Positions 1-10,030 are shown, counted from the stretch's first letter. The stretch is 64,000 bases of DNA from Salinivirgaceae bacterium (GCA_024405635.1 JAKSOL010000003.1:64001-128000), one strand, 5' to 3'. Program-made: numbers and translations. The notes: generated by a model not told the origin, from the sequence alone.

Positions 1-38
1 GTTGATTGTAAATTGTTTTTCTTGCAAAAAAAACGAAC

Positions 39-983
39 TTAACATTCAGTCTCTTTGCGTTTGCGCCAGAGTTGGTATGAGTTGAAACAATTTTGCCAAA
101 GCACATAAGTGCCAGCAGCAACACTCGATATTGGTTCAAGATAAGTGTATGACATCCAAATGGCAAGCACTGTGTTTTTTTGGCCTAACGATTGTCCTGC
201 ACTTATTACATCGTTGTTGCGGCGACCAATGGCCTTTCCAACAGTAAATTGCAGAGCGCACGCAAGCATACTTACCGCACTTAGTCCAAACACAATGCCT
301 ATTTGTCCCGAATCGTCAACAATCGATTTGGCTGTTTTGCCTGTTACCATTGCCAACGATACTGCCCACAAGTAAAAAGCCCAACTCGAATGGTTGTGCA
401 TCCAGTTGTAAACGGGGCGTATAATGTATCGGAAAATAACCATGAGCAAGAAAGGAAACAGCAACAATGGCAACACTTTTCCCAACATTTTTAAAAATGC
501 AGCGGTAAACACCATTCCGTCGTGTGGGTAAATAATTGGAAACACAGTTGGAACGTAAATAGCAGCAACCAAATTTATAAGCACGGTGTAGGTTATGAGC
601 GTTTCGGCGCAACCGCCAAGTTTTTGTGTTACAACCGATGCCGCAGTGGCTGTTGGGCAAATAAGGCAAACCAATGCGCCTTGTGCCAAAATGGGGTTAA
701 ACTGAGCTATCGCAATATATGCCACCGACGACACAACTACCTGAAACACAATGAACCACAAGTGCCAACGGGTAAATTTGAAATTCTTTGGCTCGGTTTT
801 ACAAAATGCTAGCAAAAGTTGCATAAAGATTAGCAACGGAGTGGCCGTTTCTTCAATTTGACGCACTGCAGGTTTTGTGGGTTCCAAAAAACTAAAATTG
901 TGAAACGCAAGGTAAATTAGCACTCCAGTAACCATTGAAATGGGAAGAGTCCAATCTTTTATAAATGTTACAACTTTGTTCAT
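39..983 (-). CDS. Bile acid:sodium symporter (BASS)-like membrane transporter
   Basis: Multi-pass hydrophobic protein with CPTATAASVVT..LGG and SAGQSLGQKNT motifs typical of this Bacteroidales family; likely ATG at 983. Confidence 0.75.
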   Translation of the reverse strand: MNKVVTFIKDWTLPISMVTGVLIYLAFHNFSFLEPTKPAVRQIEETATPLLIFMQLLLAFCKTEPKNFKFTRWHLWFIVFQVVVSSVAYIAIAQFNPILAQGALVCLICPTATAASVVTQKLGGCAETLITYTVLINLVAAIYVPTVFPIIYPHDGMVFTAAFLKMLGKVLPLLLFPFLLMVIFRYIIRPVYNWMHNHSSWAFYLWAVSLAMVTGKTAKSIVDDSGQIGIVFGLSAVSMLACALQFTVGKAIGRRNNDVISAGQSLGQKNTVLAIWMSYTYLEPISSVAAGTYVLWQNCFNSYQLWRKRKETEC

Positions 984-1181
984 TGCCAAAAAAATGAGCC
1001 GCAAAAATAAGCAGATGCCTGTTTTTTGTCACTTGTTGTCAACCATTTTTTTCTTCGTTGTATATGCCTATAAATATCACCTGTTCAGTCACATTTTTAA
1101 CCCATAATATTTGGGCATAAAACGGCAACCCTTAGGCATAACCTACACCTATTTTTGCAATAGGAATAAAAGAACGTGTAA

Positions 1182-1877
1182 ATGGGTAAATTGTACGATC
1201 AACTTGCTGAAGATGTGCGACTTGAGGAGGGATTGAATGCTTGTATGAACTGCGGCATGTGTACCGCCATTTGTCCCGCCGCCGAGTTTTATGAATACGA
1301 TCCTCGCCGCATTGCCGATATGGTTCAAAAAAAAGACGATGCTATTATTGAGGACTTGTTAAAATCGGAAACCATTTGGTACTGTGGACAATGCATGAGT
1401 TGCAAAACCCGTTGTCCGCGTGGCAACGCTCCTGGATTCATTATTCAGGCATTGCGCAAATTATCGATTAAAATGGGCTACTTTACATGTTCTGAAAAAG
1501 GTCGCCAACAATTTGCACTTAAGCGTACAATTGGCGAAAACATATTGAAACACGGTTATTGCGTGTCGCCAAAATTGGTAACTCCGTGGATGCATCCCGA
1601 ACAAGGCCCAATGTGGGAATGGTATTATAGTAATGTTGAGGGCGTTATGGCTCGTTTGGGTGGTAACTATCAGCAAGATGGTGCAGGCACAATGCGCAAA
1701 ATTAGGCAAGAGGATCTTGACGAACTTAAAAGCATTTTTGACACCACTGGCGGAACCGAAATGTATGAGGCCATTGAGCGCTTTTCTGAACAAAAAGCTA
1801 AGGAAATGGGTGTCGATTTTGAAAATGGCGACTACTTCAACCTCGTTTACCACACTAATTCTCAAAACGAAGACTAA
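1182..1877 (+). CDS. hdrC: Heterodisulfide reductase subunit C-like 2x[4Fe-4S] protein (sHdrC1-like)
   Basis: Two CxxCxxCxxxCP motifs (CMNCGMCTAICP, CGQCMSCKTRCP); stop overlaps start of hdrB-like gene. Confidence 0.85.
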   Translation: MGKLYDQLAEDVRLEEGLNACMNCGMCTAICPAAEFYEYDPRRIADMVQKKDDAIIEDLLKSETIWYCGQCMSCKTRCPRGNAPGFIIQALRKLSIKMGYFTCSEKGRQQFALKRTIGENILKHGYCVSPKLVTPWMHPEQGPMWEWYYSNVEGVMARLGGNYQQDGAGTMRKIRQEDLDELKSIFDTTGGTEMYEAIERFSEQKAKEMGVDFENGDYFNLVYHTNSQNED

Positions 1878-2926
1878 TGGAACAGGAACTTGGAAAAAAT
1901 GCTGTTTGGGCTAATTACCAAAAAGATATAGCCGACGACCATTATTATTATTGTCGCAGTTGCATCCGACAAGCTTTTTTGCCAGGCTCGGAGCGTATGT
2001 TCCTGCATATTGTTGGCAATGTTCTTGGTAAAGATATTTACGACGACCCAAAGCACACCACTTGCACAGGCATTGCTTACCACTCCGACCTTGTGCCACA
2101 AGAAACCACAGCCACTGTCATTGCTCGCCATTTTGCACTGATGACCGAAGCTGGTTACGAAAACATGGCCATTTCGTGCATCACATCGTTTGGCCTTTAT
2201 ACCGAAATTCTTGAAACTTGGAAAGAGCATCCCGAAGAAGAAGAAAAAGTTCGCGATTACTTGTGGAAAGCCACTCGCCGCGAATTCAAAATACCTAAAA
2301 ACATAGCTCATACTTCCGACATCATCTTCCACTTTCGCCACCAAATTGCCGAAAAAGCAACACGTAGATTGGTCGATGTGAATGGCAATCCGCTTAAAGT
2401 GGTTGACCATATTGGGTGCCACTACGCCAAATTGTTTCCAAGCAAAGGAGTTGGCGGTGCCGAATTTCCGTACGTGTTGGCAGGAATGGTTGATGCGTGG
2501 GGAGGCCAACAAGTTGATTATCCAGAGCGACGTCACTGCTGCGGATTTGGTTTTCGCAACTATTTGGTAATGGCAAACCGCGGATATTCGGTTGCAAACT
2601 CGCATAAAAAACTTGAGTCGATGAAACCCTATCAACCTGATTTAATTGTGGCAAACTGCCCAGGTTGCGCCATGTTTCTCGACCGTTGGCAATACACAAT
2701 TGAGCAGATGGAGGGCAAAACCTACGGTGCAAATGGCCAAGGTATTCCAGTGCTGACTTACGAAGAAATGGCAGGTTTGGTTCTAGGCTACAATCCTTGG
2801 GACCTTGGCATGCAACTACATCAAATTGATGTTGAGCCACTTTTGCTTAAAATGGGAATAGATTACAACCCTGCCGGCAAACACGAGTTGGGTGCTCGTC
2901 AACTAACCATTCCAACACTAAAATAG
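1877..2926 (+). CDS. hdrB: Heterodisulfide reductase subunit B-like CCG-domain protein (sHdrB1-like)
   Basis: One degenerate CCG domain (TCTG...CITSFG) and one canonical CCG domain (HIGCH, HCCGFGF, NCPGC). Confidence 0.85.
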   Translation: MEQELGKNAVWANYQKDIADDHYYYCRSCIRQAFLPGSERMFLHIVGNVLGKDIYDDPKHTTCTGIAYHSDLVPQETTATVIARHFALMTEAGYENMAISCITSFGLYTEILETWKEHPEEEEKVRDYLWKATRREFKIPKNIAHTSDIIFHFRHQIAEKATRRLVDVNGNPLKVVDHIGCHYAKLFPSKGVGGAEFPYVLAGMVDAWGGQQVDYPERRHCCGFGFRNYLVMANRGYSVANSHKKLESMKPYQPDLIVANCPGCAMFLDRWQYTIEQMEGKTYGANGQGIPVLTYEEMAGLVLGYNPWDLGMQLHQIDVEPLLLKMGIDYNPAGKHELGARQLTIPTLK

Positions 2927-2927
2927 T

Positions 2928-3941
2928 ATGAAACACATCGCAATAATTGGCGGAGGTCCCGCAGGAATTGAATCGGCTGCAAGCCTTGCACAACTAGGCT
3001 ACCGTGTAAGCTTGATTGAAAAATCGGCAGAGTTGGGCGGCCATTTGAGCCAAATGTTTACCCTTTTCCCCGACGGCCGAAACGCTGCCGAGGTGCTCTC
3101 TGAACTAATTGCTCATGCTCGACAAAAAAACATAAACGTAATGCTTAATACCGAAGTGATTGATGCTCAACGTAATTTGTCGGGATTTACAATCACACTT
3201 TCAAACCAAAAAACCGTTACTGCCGATGCTTTGCTTATTGCAACAGGTTTCCGTTTGTTTAATGTGGCTCGCAAAGAGGAATACGGTTACGGCATTTACA
3301 AAAATGTGATTAACAGCCTGCAAATGGAAAAGAAATTGCGCACTGGCGACCTAACCATGGCCAACGGTCAAATGCCAAAACGTGTTGTCTTTTTGCATTG
3401 CGTGGGCTCGCGCGACGAAAAAGTTGGTAATAACTACTGCTCAAAAGTTTGCTGCGTAACTGCTGTAAAACAGGCTATTGAGATTAAAAAAATGAATCCC
3501 GAAATTGAAACTTTCTGCTTCTATATGGACATTCGTATGTTTGGACCTTATTACGAGGAACTGTATCGCGAGGCCCAAGAGAAATGGAAAGTGGTGTTTG
3601 TGCGAGGAAAAATTTCAGAGGCAGCCGAAAATATCGACGGACGTTTGCAAATAAAAGCCGAAGATACCTTGATTGGAAAACCACTGCGTATGCAATGTGA
3701 TATGCTTGTGGCCATGGCCGGAATGGAATCAACTGCCGATGCCAAATTTGCTCAAACTCTTAATGTGGCTCGTGGTTTGAATCGTTTTTATAGTTCAACC
3801 GACAACTATTTGCGCTACAACAATACTAACGTTGAAGGCGTGTTTACTGCCGGAACATGCACAGCACCTATGAACATAATCGACACAATTGCCAATGCGC
3901 GTGCTGCTGCATTGAGCATTCACCAATACTTCAGCAAATAA
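2928..3941 (+). CDS. hdrA: Short heterodisulfide reductase subunit A-like flavoprotein
   Basis: GGGPAG FAD motif, CVGSRD...YCSKVCC cluster motif, YMDIRMFG; only 337 aa with no ferredoxin insert. Confidence 0.85.
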   Translation: MKHIAIIGGGPAGIESAASLAQLGYRVSLIEKSAELGGHLSQMFTLFPDGRNAAEVLSELIAHARQKNINVMLNTEVIDAQRNLSGFTITLSNQKTVTADALLIATGFRLFNVARKEEYGYGIYKNVINSLQMEKKLRTGDLTMANGQMPKRVVFLHCVGSRDEKVGNNYCSKVCCVTAVKQAIEIKKMNPEIETFCFYMDIRMFGPYYEELYREAQEKWKVVFVRGKISEAAENIDGRLQIKAEDTLIGKPLRMQCDMLVAMAGMESTADAKFAQTLNVARGLNRFYSSTDNYLRYNNTNVEGVFTAGTCTAPMNIIDTIANARAAALSIHQYFSK

Positions 3942-3944
3942 ACT

Positions 3945-4301
3945 ATGTGGGGTTATTCTATTGCTAAATCGCAAAGCATTGTGTACGACCAAAACGATCG
4001 CACAATAATCAACTACGTGCTTGAGCAAGAACCTTCGTTGCGTACATGTATGGCTTGTGGCGGTTGCACATCAACTTGCTCGGCTGGTAATCTTGTGCCT
4101 TTTAATATTCGCCGACTCAACACTTTGCTGCAACGCGGCGAGTATTCTCAGGTGAAAAAAGAGATATACAATTGCATGCTTTGCGGAAAATGTACCATTG
4201 TGTGTCCACGTGGTGTTAACATTCGCAACGTGGTGCTTAAAACACGCGAGGCTATTATGAACTCAGAAAAATCAGATGCAAATGACACAAATGCCATTTG
4301 A
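3945..4301 (+). CDS. Small 2x[4Fe-4S] HdrC-like protein
   Basis: CMACGGCTSTCS and CMLCGKCTIVCP motifs; operonic. Confidence 0.85.
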   Translation: MWGYSIAKSQSIVYDQNDRTIINYVLEQEPSLRTCMACGGCTSTCSAGNLVPFNIRRLNTLLQRGEYSQVKKEIYNCMLCGKCTIVCPRGVNIRNVVLKTREAIMNSEKSDANDTNAI

Positions 4302-6054
4302 TATATTCGTCCTTCCTTTTACGCTCGGCATGAGTTTGCTGTTTGCGTACCTTTTGCTCAAATACGCACACTGGATTTGGTTGCTTCCAACCGATGACAA
4401 ACTGCGCATCTTGAAAGGCTTTTTTAGTCAGAAGTCATTGCGAGCTTGCGGCGAGATATTTATGGAAAGTTTGCTGCACCGCAAAATCTTTAGAGTTGAC
4501 AAACGCCTTGGTTTTATGCACATGAGCCTAGCTTTTGGCTGGTTTTTGCTTATAGTTATTGGCGCAATTGAGGCACACACATACGCTGGCGGTAGCGCAC
4601 CATTCTATTTCCCTATTTTCTTCCGATTTTTTGTTCCCTACGAGGCCGATTTTTTTCTTTCATCGGTTTATGTGCAACTGATGGACGCCGCCTTGTTGCT
4701 TGTTTTAACAGGCGTAGGCATGGCATTCGCCAAACGATTTAAATCGAACATAGTGGGAATGAAAAAGACCACAAAACTTCGTCGCCGCGACAAGGCAGTG
4801 CTTTATTCTTTGTGGCTTATCTTCCCAATGCGTTTGTTGGCCGAGAGCACAACAAGTGGATTGCACAACTCGGGCGGCTTTCTTACAGGAACGCTCGGCA
4901 CCATCATGTCGTACATTTTGCCTTTGCAATATATGGAGTACCCACTCTGGTGGGGCTATTCAATAGTGTTGTGCATCTTCTTTTTGGGTTTGCCAACAAG
5001 CCGATACATGCACATTCCAACCGAAATGGTGCTCATCTTCTTCCGCAATTGGGGCATCAAGCTCCGTCCCGATAATCCAATTCTTGAAGAGGTGATGATT
5101 CTGTCGTGCCCACGTTGCGGCATTTGCATTGACCGCTGTCAACTCAATACCAATCTTAACATTAACGATACTCAGGCGGTTTATTTCTTGCAGCGCATAC
5201 GTCGAAACGAAGACTATACCGCACAAGCAAACAATTGTTTAATGTGTGGTCGATGCGCATCGGTATGTCCAGTTGGCATCGATTTAAATGCAATCCGAAA
5301 CCGACGCCGATTGAATTTTACTCCAAAAGAGGTGGTTTTGCCATACGATAATAAGCAGCAACGCCAAGCCAAAGTAGTCTATTTTGCAGGTTGCATGGGG
5401 CATCTTACGCCGCATATCAAAAACGCAATGGTGAAGATTTTGCAAGCATCGGGCGACGATTTTTGGTTTATGGACGAAGAGGGCGGAGTGTGCTGTGGCC
5501 GACCAATGAAACTTGCCGGGCAGGTTGATGCCGCTCGTCAGTTGATGGATAAAAATCGTGCCACTATTTTGCAAAGCGGTGCTACAGTTTTAGTTACGTC
5601 GTGCCCAATTTGCTATAAAGTTTTTAAAGAAGAATATAATCTGAATATCAGCATTTTACATCACACTGAATACATTGAGCAGTTACTAAAAAGCGGAAAA
5701 CTAAAAGTTACTCGTCAAGATATGATGGCGGTTTATCATGACCCTTGCGAATTAGGTCGTGGCAGTGGCATTTATGAGCAACCTCGCAATGTTTTGTCAG
5801 CAGTGGCAAACCTAACTGAAAGTAGCAACGAGCGCCGCGACTCGCTTTGCTGTGGTGGTAGTTTGGCCAACCTTACTCTGCCATCGGCAAAAAAACACGA
5901 ACTGGCAAAGCAAACCATGCAAGTGCTTACTGCCAACAATCCCGATTTGGTAGCAACAGCCTGCCCATTGTGCAAACGAACTTTGCAACGTGCTGGCGAC
6001 ACTTTGGTTATGGACATTGCCGAAGTTGTTGCTAAAGCAATGGAATGCAAATAG
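4276..6054 (+). CDS. Membrane-anchored Fe-S oxidoreductase (TM domain + 2x[4Fe-4S] + two CCG domains; HdrE/HdrD-like fusion)
   Basis: N-terminal TM helices with His (FMHMS, RYMHIP); CPRCGICIDRC, CLMCGRCASVCP; AGC/CCG/SCPIC and HDPC/CCGG/ACPLC. Confidence 0.82.
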   Translation: MQMTQMPFDIFVLPFTLGMSLLFAYLLLKYAHWIWLLPTDDKLRILKGFFSQKSLRACGEIFMESLLHRKIFRVDKRLGFMHMSLAFGWFLLIVIGAIEAHTYAGGSAPFYFPIFFRFFVPYEADFFLSSVYVQLMDAALLLVLTGVGMAFAKRFKSNIVGMKKTTKLRRRDKAVLYSLWLIFPMRLLAESTTSGLHNSGGFLTGTLGTIMSYILPLQYMEYPLWWGYSIVLCIFFLGLPTSRYMHIPTEMVLIFFRNWGIKLRPDNPILEEVMILSCPRCGICIDRCQLNTNLNINDTQAVYFLQRIRRNEDYTAQANNCLMCGRCASVCPVGIDLNAIRNRRRLNFTPKEVVLPYDNKQQRQAKVVYFAGCMGHLTPHIKNAMVKILQASGDDFWFMDEEGGVCCGRPMKLAGQVDAARQLMDKNRATILQSGATVLVTSCPICYKVFKEEYNLNISILHHTEYIEQLLKSGKLKVTRQDMMAVYHDPCELGRGSGIYEQPRNVLSAVANLTESSNERRDSLCCGGSLANLTLPSAKKHELAKQTMQVLTANNPDLVATACPLCKRTLQRAGDTLVMDIAEVVAKAMECK

Positions 6055-6072
6055 AAAAGCCAGCGTAAATAA

Positions 6073-6112
6073 AAAAGCCGCTTTCAAAATTTTTTTTTTG
6101 AAAGCGGCTTTT
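6073..6112. terminator. Bidirectional intrinsic terminator
   Basis: aaaagccgctttcaaaa...ttttgaaagcggctttt hairpin between convergent genes. Confidence 0.85.
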
Positions 6113-6130
6113 CATTTATAATCAAGAATG

Positions 6131-6637
6131 TTACTCTTCGCTCTTTTTAGCCGATTTTTTAGCAGCAGTTTTCTTTGCTTTAGGTTTTTCTTCAGCAACA
6201 GGAGCCTCTTCAACCTTTGCTTGTTCTGCCTCTGCAGCAACTTCATCGTCTTTGTCAAGCTCTGAAAGTAGGTTGTTAGCTTGCAGAATGTTGTACCATG
6301 TCAACACTTTTTTAATGTGCGAAACATAAACACGATCTTGGTCATAGTTTGGCATAGCCTCAAGAAAATAACTTTTCAAGGTTTTGTCGTCAGACTTTGC
6401 GCTCACAGCTGCACCACCATTTTCTTTTGCACGAATTGCTTTAAATACGTCAACTAGTGGCATATCGGTGCCGTCGTTGCAAAAAATTGCAATATCGCCC
6501 ATTGAGCTGATTTTTGACGTGGCAAAAGCTGGCATACGTTTTTTAGTCTCAACATTCTCAACCAATACACCGTTTTTGGTGCTCGAAATAAGTTTGAATA
6601 AACCTGAATAGCCCGAAATGGCTAAAATGTCTTTCAT
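6131..6637 (-). CDS. DUF5606-family conserved Bacteroidota protein
   Basis: ILAISGYSGLFKL start, PNYDQDRVYVSHIKKVLTWYNIL motif, acidic/Lys-Ala tail. Confidence 0.75.
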   Translation of the reverse strand: MKDILAISGYSGLFKLISSTKNGVLVENVETKKRMPAFATSKISSMGDIAIFCNDGTDMPLVDVFKAIRAKENGGAAVSAKSDDKTLKSYFLEAMPNYDQDRVYVSHIKKVLTWYNILQANNLLSELDKDDEVAAEAEQAKVEEAPVAEEKPKAKKTAAKKSAKKSEE

Positions 6638-6814
6638 ATTGTTTTCGTTTTAAAATTCTGGTGGCAAATGTATCAATTATTGCAAATCGTCAATCAAACT
6701 GATGCGGCAAAACGCGTGAGTGAATTTGTCTGCATTATTATTTTGTTCGTCAATTAAAATCGTTCATTTATATGTCAAATTGTGGCTTTTCGTATTTTTG
6801 CGCAATTTATATAC

Positions 6815-9800
6815 ATGAAACATTGGCTCACCATATATCTAATTTTGATTGCCCAACTATTGTCGGCGCAAGTGAATAAGTATGGTAACATGTTGGTTAC
6901 CAACTACACAAACAACGACTATGGGGCAAATCCGCAAAACTGGGGAATTACTCAAGACCCCCGTGGTGTGATTTATGTGGCCAATACCGATGGCGTTCTT
7001 GAGTACGACGGATACGCATGGAAACTCATTTCATTAAATGACGAACAAACAGCACGCTCCGTTGCCAGCGACTTTTCCGATGGTACTATTTATGTAGGCT
7101 CAATGGCCGAAATAGGCTACCTGGCTGCCGATAGCATAGGTTCGTTGTGCTATGTATCGTTAATGGATAAAGTTCCTCATGGCATTGAATTTAGCAACGT
7201 TGATAAAATCTTTTTTGATACTCTAAATGTTTATTTCTGTGCTCCAGAATATATTCTTGTTCTTAGCAAATCAACTCATACCATTGAAAGTTGGCCAATG
7301 CCTGTTAGCACATTCTTATCATTTATGGTTAATGGCAATCTGCTCACTTCAACAAGATACGAGGGTTTAAAACAAACATCGTCAACCGGCATTGTAACAA
7401 TGAAAAATGCGCAAACAATGGAGCCGTTGATTGACGTTGAGGCTATTGACAATGAAAATATTATTGTTGAAAGTAGAACTCAATTTTATCAGTATAATAT
7501 AAACACTGGCGAAAAAACACCATTTCCAAAAGCCAAAGAGGTGTTTGATTATATGAACAAAAACATGGCGCTAGTTTATGGTTTGGAAAAAACCACCGAC
7601 GGCCGTTTTGTTATGGGAGCTGCGCTAAGTAAGGATTATGTACTCACTTTCTTCGATAAAAACTTTGAAGTAAGCAATGTTGTTAACCGTTACAACGGAA
7701 TTCAAGACAACACAACATTCGATATGAAGGCTACCAACGATGGAAACGTATGGGCCGCAATGAATGTTGGAGTGTCGCGCGTTGAATCACACTTACCTTT
7801 GGCAAAATTTGGTACCGAATCGGGGCTTGAAGGCGTTATGCTTGAAGGCGTTAATGTTAATGGTGAACTATATTTTTCTACTTCCGAAGGTCTGTTTTAT
7901 CGCTCCCAAAACAAACTTGGCTTTGCCGAATTGAAAAAAGTAGAAGGACTTGATATTCCTGTTATAACGGTTATTGAGTACACGGAGCCATACTCAAAAA
8001 AGAAAATGTTGATGGCTGGCACTCAAAATGGCCTTTTCAAAATAATTGACCATAAAGCAAGGCTTATTGATACCTATCCTGCCAATAAAATATACCAATC
8101 GAAAATTGACCCACGCATTTTATATGTTAACTGTTACGAACTTGTTCATTTTGAATTTAATACCGACGATAAGTTCGTGATAAAAGAAAATATACCAGGC
8201 TACGAAAAAGTGCGAAATTACGCAATGGGCGTTTGCGAAGATGCGAATGGCGACTTTTGGATTTCGCCTGAAATGCAGGGCGTAATGCGCAAACCCGCTG
8301 GTCAAGATACGCTAATACCATACGGCTTGCAAAACGGATTGCCAATTATGCAGCATATTACCATCTTTACAAGCCACAAAGGTGAACCTTTATTCTGCAC
8401 ACCCAAGGGCGTTTATACTTTTAATCGTCAAACCGACCAATTTGAACCTTATGCTCCGTTTATTGGTTTAAGTTCCAACGAAACCGACCAAATAGTTAGC
8501 CTTTGCCATTACGGAAAAGGTTATGCTGTTTTGCGTAAAAATGGAATTAAGAATTGGTTCGAAATTCTTTTGCCCGACTCAACCGGTCAACTAAAAATTT
8601 TTGATACACCATTAAAACGCATGCCAGGTACCATGAGCGAAATGCTTTATGTTGACGATGAAGGTGTGTTGTGGATGGGGCAAAATACTGATGTATATAG
8701 TTTTAAGGGTGACACATCATTGTCATTCGAGAGCATGGTTAACCATTACTCATGCGCAAAGCCTTTTAATACTCTGATTCGTAAAGTGTCGAGCCGTAAT
8801 GTTGAGCTATACAATGGTGCTCCAATTAAAACTAGCAACTATGACAAAATAGCGACTCTTCCGTATTCTGATAATAACGTCGATTTTAGATTCTCGGCAA
8901 CTTTCTTTGAGCAAGAACAAAAAACCGAATTCTCGTGGATGCTTGTTGGTCAAGATAAAGAATGGTCGTCGTGGGCGCTGCATCACCATGTAAATTACAA
9001 TAACCTAAAAGAAGGATTGTATAAGTTTAAGGTTAAATCGCGTAACATTTATGGTCAAGAAGGTTCAATTGAGACTTTTGCTTTTCGTGTTAAACCGCCA
9101 TTTTATCGTACCTTATTAGCGTATGTTTTATACACACTGATAGGAACCTTCATAATGTTCTGCATTGTTAAACTTAACAACCAACGTTTGTTTTACGAAA
9201 AAGAACAACTTGCAAATGAGGTTCATAAGCATACTATTGAAATTGAATATCAGAAAGAGGCTATTGAGACACAAAAAGAGGAGATTGAACAAAGTATTCG
9301 ATATGCAAGTCGTATTCAGCGAGCTTTGTTTCCTCCGCAAGATGTTATTGATGCAGTTTTCCCAAAAAACTTCTTGATTTATCAACCTCGCAACGTGGTA
9401 AGTGGCGATTTTTATTGGATTTCGCAAACTGCCAATCGCAAAATATGTGTTGTTGCCGATTGTACAGGGCATGGCGTTCCTGGCGGTTTTATGAGTATGC
9501 TTGGTTTTGCGTTTCTTAACCAAATTGTTGACGATACAATATCTTGTGAAAATATATTGTATGAGCTACGAACATTAATTATCAGCAACTTGCGTCAAGA
9601 GGTGACAAACGAAAATAGTAACCGCGATGGTATGGACGTAGGCGTTTTTACCCTTGATACCAAGACTAATCATTTTGAATTTGCAGGAGCCAACCGCCCT
9701 GCTATTATAATACGAGGCGAGGAGTTGATTTACATTAAGGGCGACCGTATGGCCATCAGTATTGACGACCACTTTAACGACAGATTCACAAAAAGAACTT

Positions 9801-10030
9801 TCGATTTGGAATCTGGTGATAAAATATACATGTTCTCCGATGGTTATGTTGACCAATTTGGCGGCGAACACGGTAACAAACTATTAATCAAGAATTTTAA
9901 AGATGTATTGATGCGCGTGAGTAAAATGCCTATGAAGGATCAAAAACGAGAATTAGAGTCGTACTTGGTTAAATGGCAAGGCAAAAATATGCGCACCGAC
10001 GACGTGATAGTGTTAGGTATCGAAATTTAG
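6815..10030 (+). CDS. Membrane sensor with beta-propeller/Y_Y_Y periplasmic region and cytoplasmic SpoIIE/PP2C phosphatase
   Basis: Signal peptide, propeller repeats, YNNLKEGLYKFKV, TM helix, coiled coil, SGDFYW / ADCTGHGVPG / DGMD / FSDGYVDQFGG / DD motifs. Confidence 0.88.
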   Translation: MKHWLTIYLILIAQLLSAQVNKYGNMLVTNYTNNDYGANPQNWGITQDPRGVIYVANTDGVLEYDGYAWKLISLNDEQTARSVASDFSDGTIYVGSMAEIGYLAADSIGSLCYVSLMDKVPHGIEFSNVDKIFFDTLNVYFCAPEYILVLSKSTHTIESWPMPVSTFLSFMVNGNLLTSTRYEGLKQTSSTGIVTMKNAQTMEPLIDVEAIDNENIIVESRTQFYQYNINTGEKTPFPKAKEVFDYMNKNMALVYGLEKTTDGRFVMGAALSKDYVLTFFDKNFEVSNVVNRYNGIQDNTTFDMKATNDGNVWAAMNVGVSRVESHLPLAKFGTESGLEGVMLEGVNVNGELYFSTSEGLFYRSQNKLGFAELKKVEGLDIPVITVIEYTEPYSKKKMLMAGTQNGLFKIIDHKARLIDTYPANKIYQSKIDPRILYVNCYELVHFEFNTDDKFVIKENIPGYEKVRNYAMGVCEDANGDFWISPEMQGVMRKPAGQDTLIPYGLQNGLPIMQHITIFTSHKGEPLFCTPKGVYTFNRQTDQFEPYAPFIGLSSNETDQIVSLCHYGKGYAVLRKNGIKNWFEILLPDSTGQLKIFDTPLKRMPGTMSEMLYVDDEGVLWMGQNTDVYSFKGDTSLSFESMVNHYSCAKPFNTLIRKVSSRNVELYNGAPIKTSNYDKIATLPYSDNNVDFRFSATFFEQEQKTEFSWMLVGQDKEWSSWALHHHVNYNNLKEGLYKFKVKSRNIYGQEGSIETFAFRVKPPFYRTLLAYVLYTLIGTFIMFCIVKLNNQRLFYEKEQLANEVHKHTIEIEYQKEAIETQKEEIEQSIRYASRIQRALFPPQDVIDAVFPKNFLIYQPRNVVSGDFYWISQTANRKICVVADCTGHGVPGGFMSMLGFAFLNQIVDDTISCENILYELRTLIISNLRQEVTNENSNRDGMDVGVFTLDTKTNHFEFAGANRPAIIIRGEELIYIKGDRMAISIDDHFNDRFTKRTFDLESGDKIYMFSDGYVDQFGGEHGNKLLIKNFKDVLMRVSKMPMKDQKRELESYLVKWQGKNMRTDDVIVLGIEI

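Noticed and set aside
1874-2635. 253-aa antisense ORF and the many other shadow ORFs over real genes
   Set aside because: They lie opposite or within well-supported genes and lack motifs; explained by codon bias
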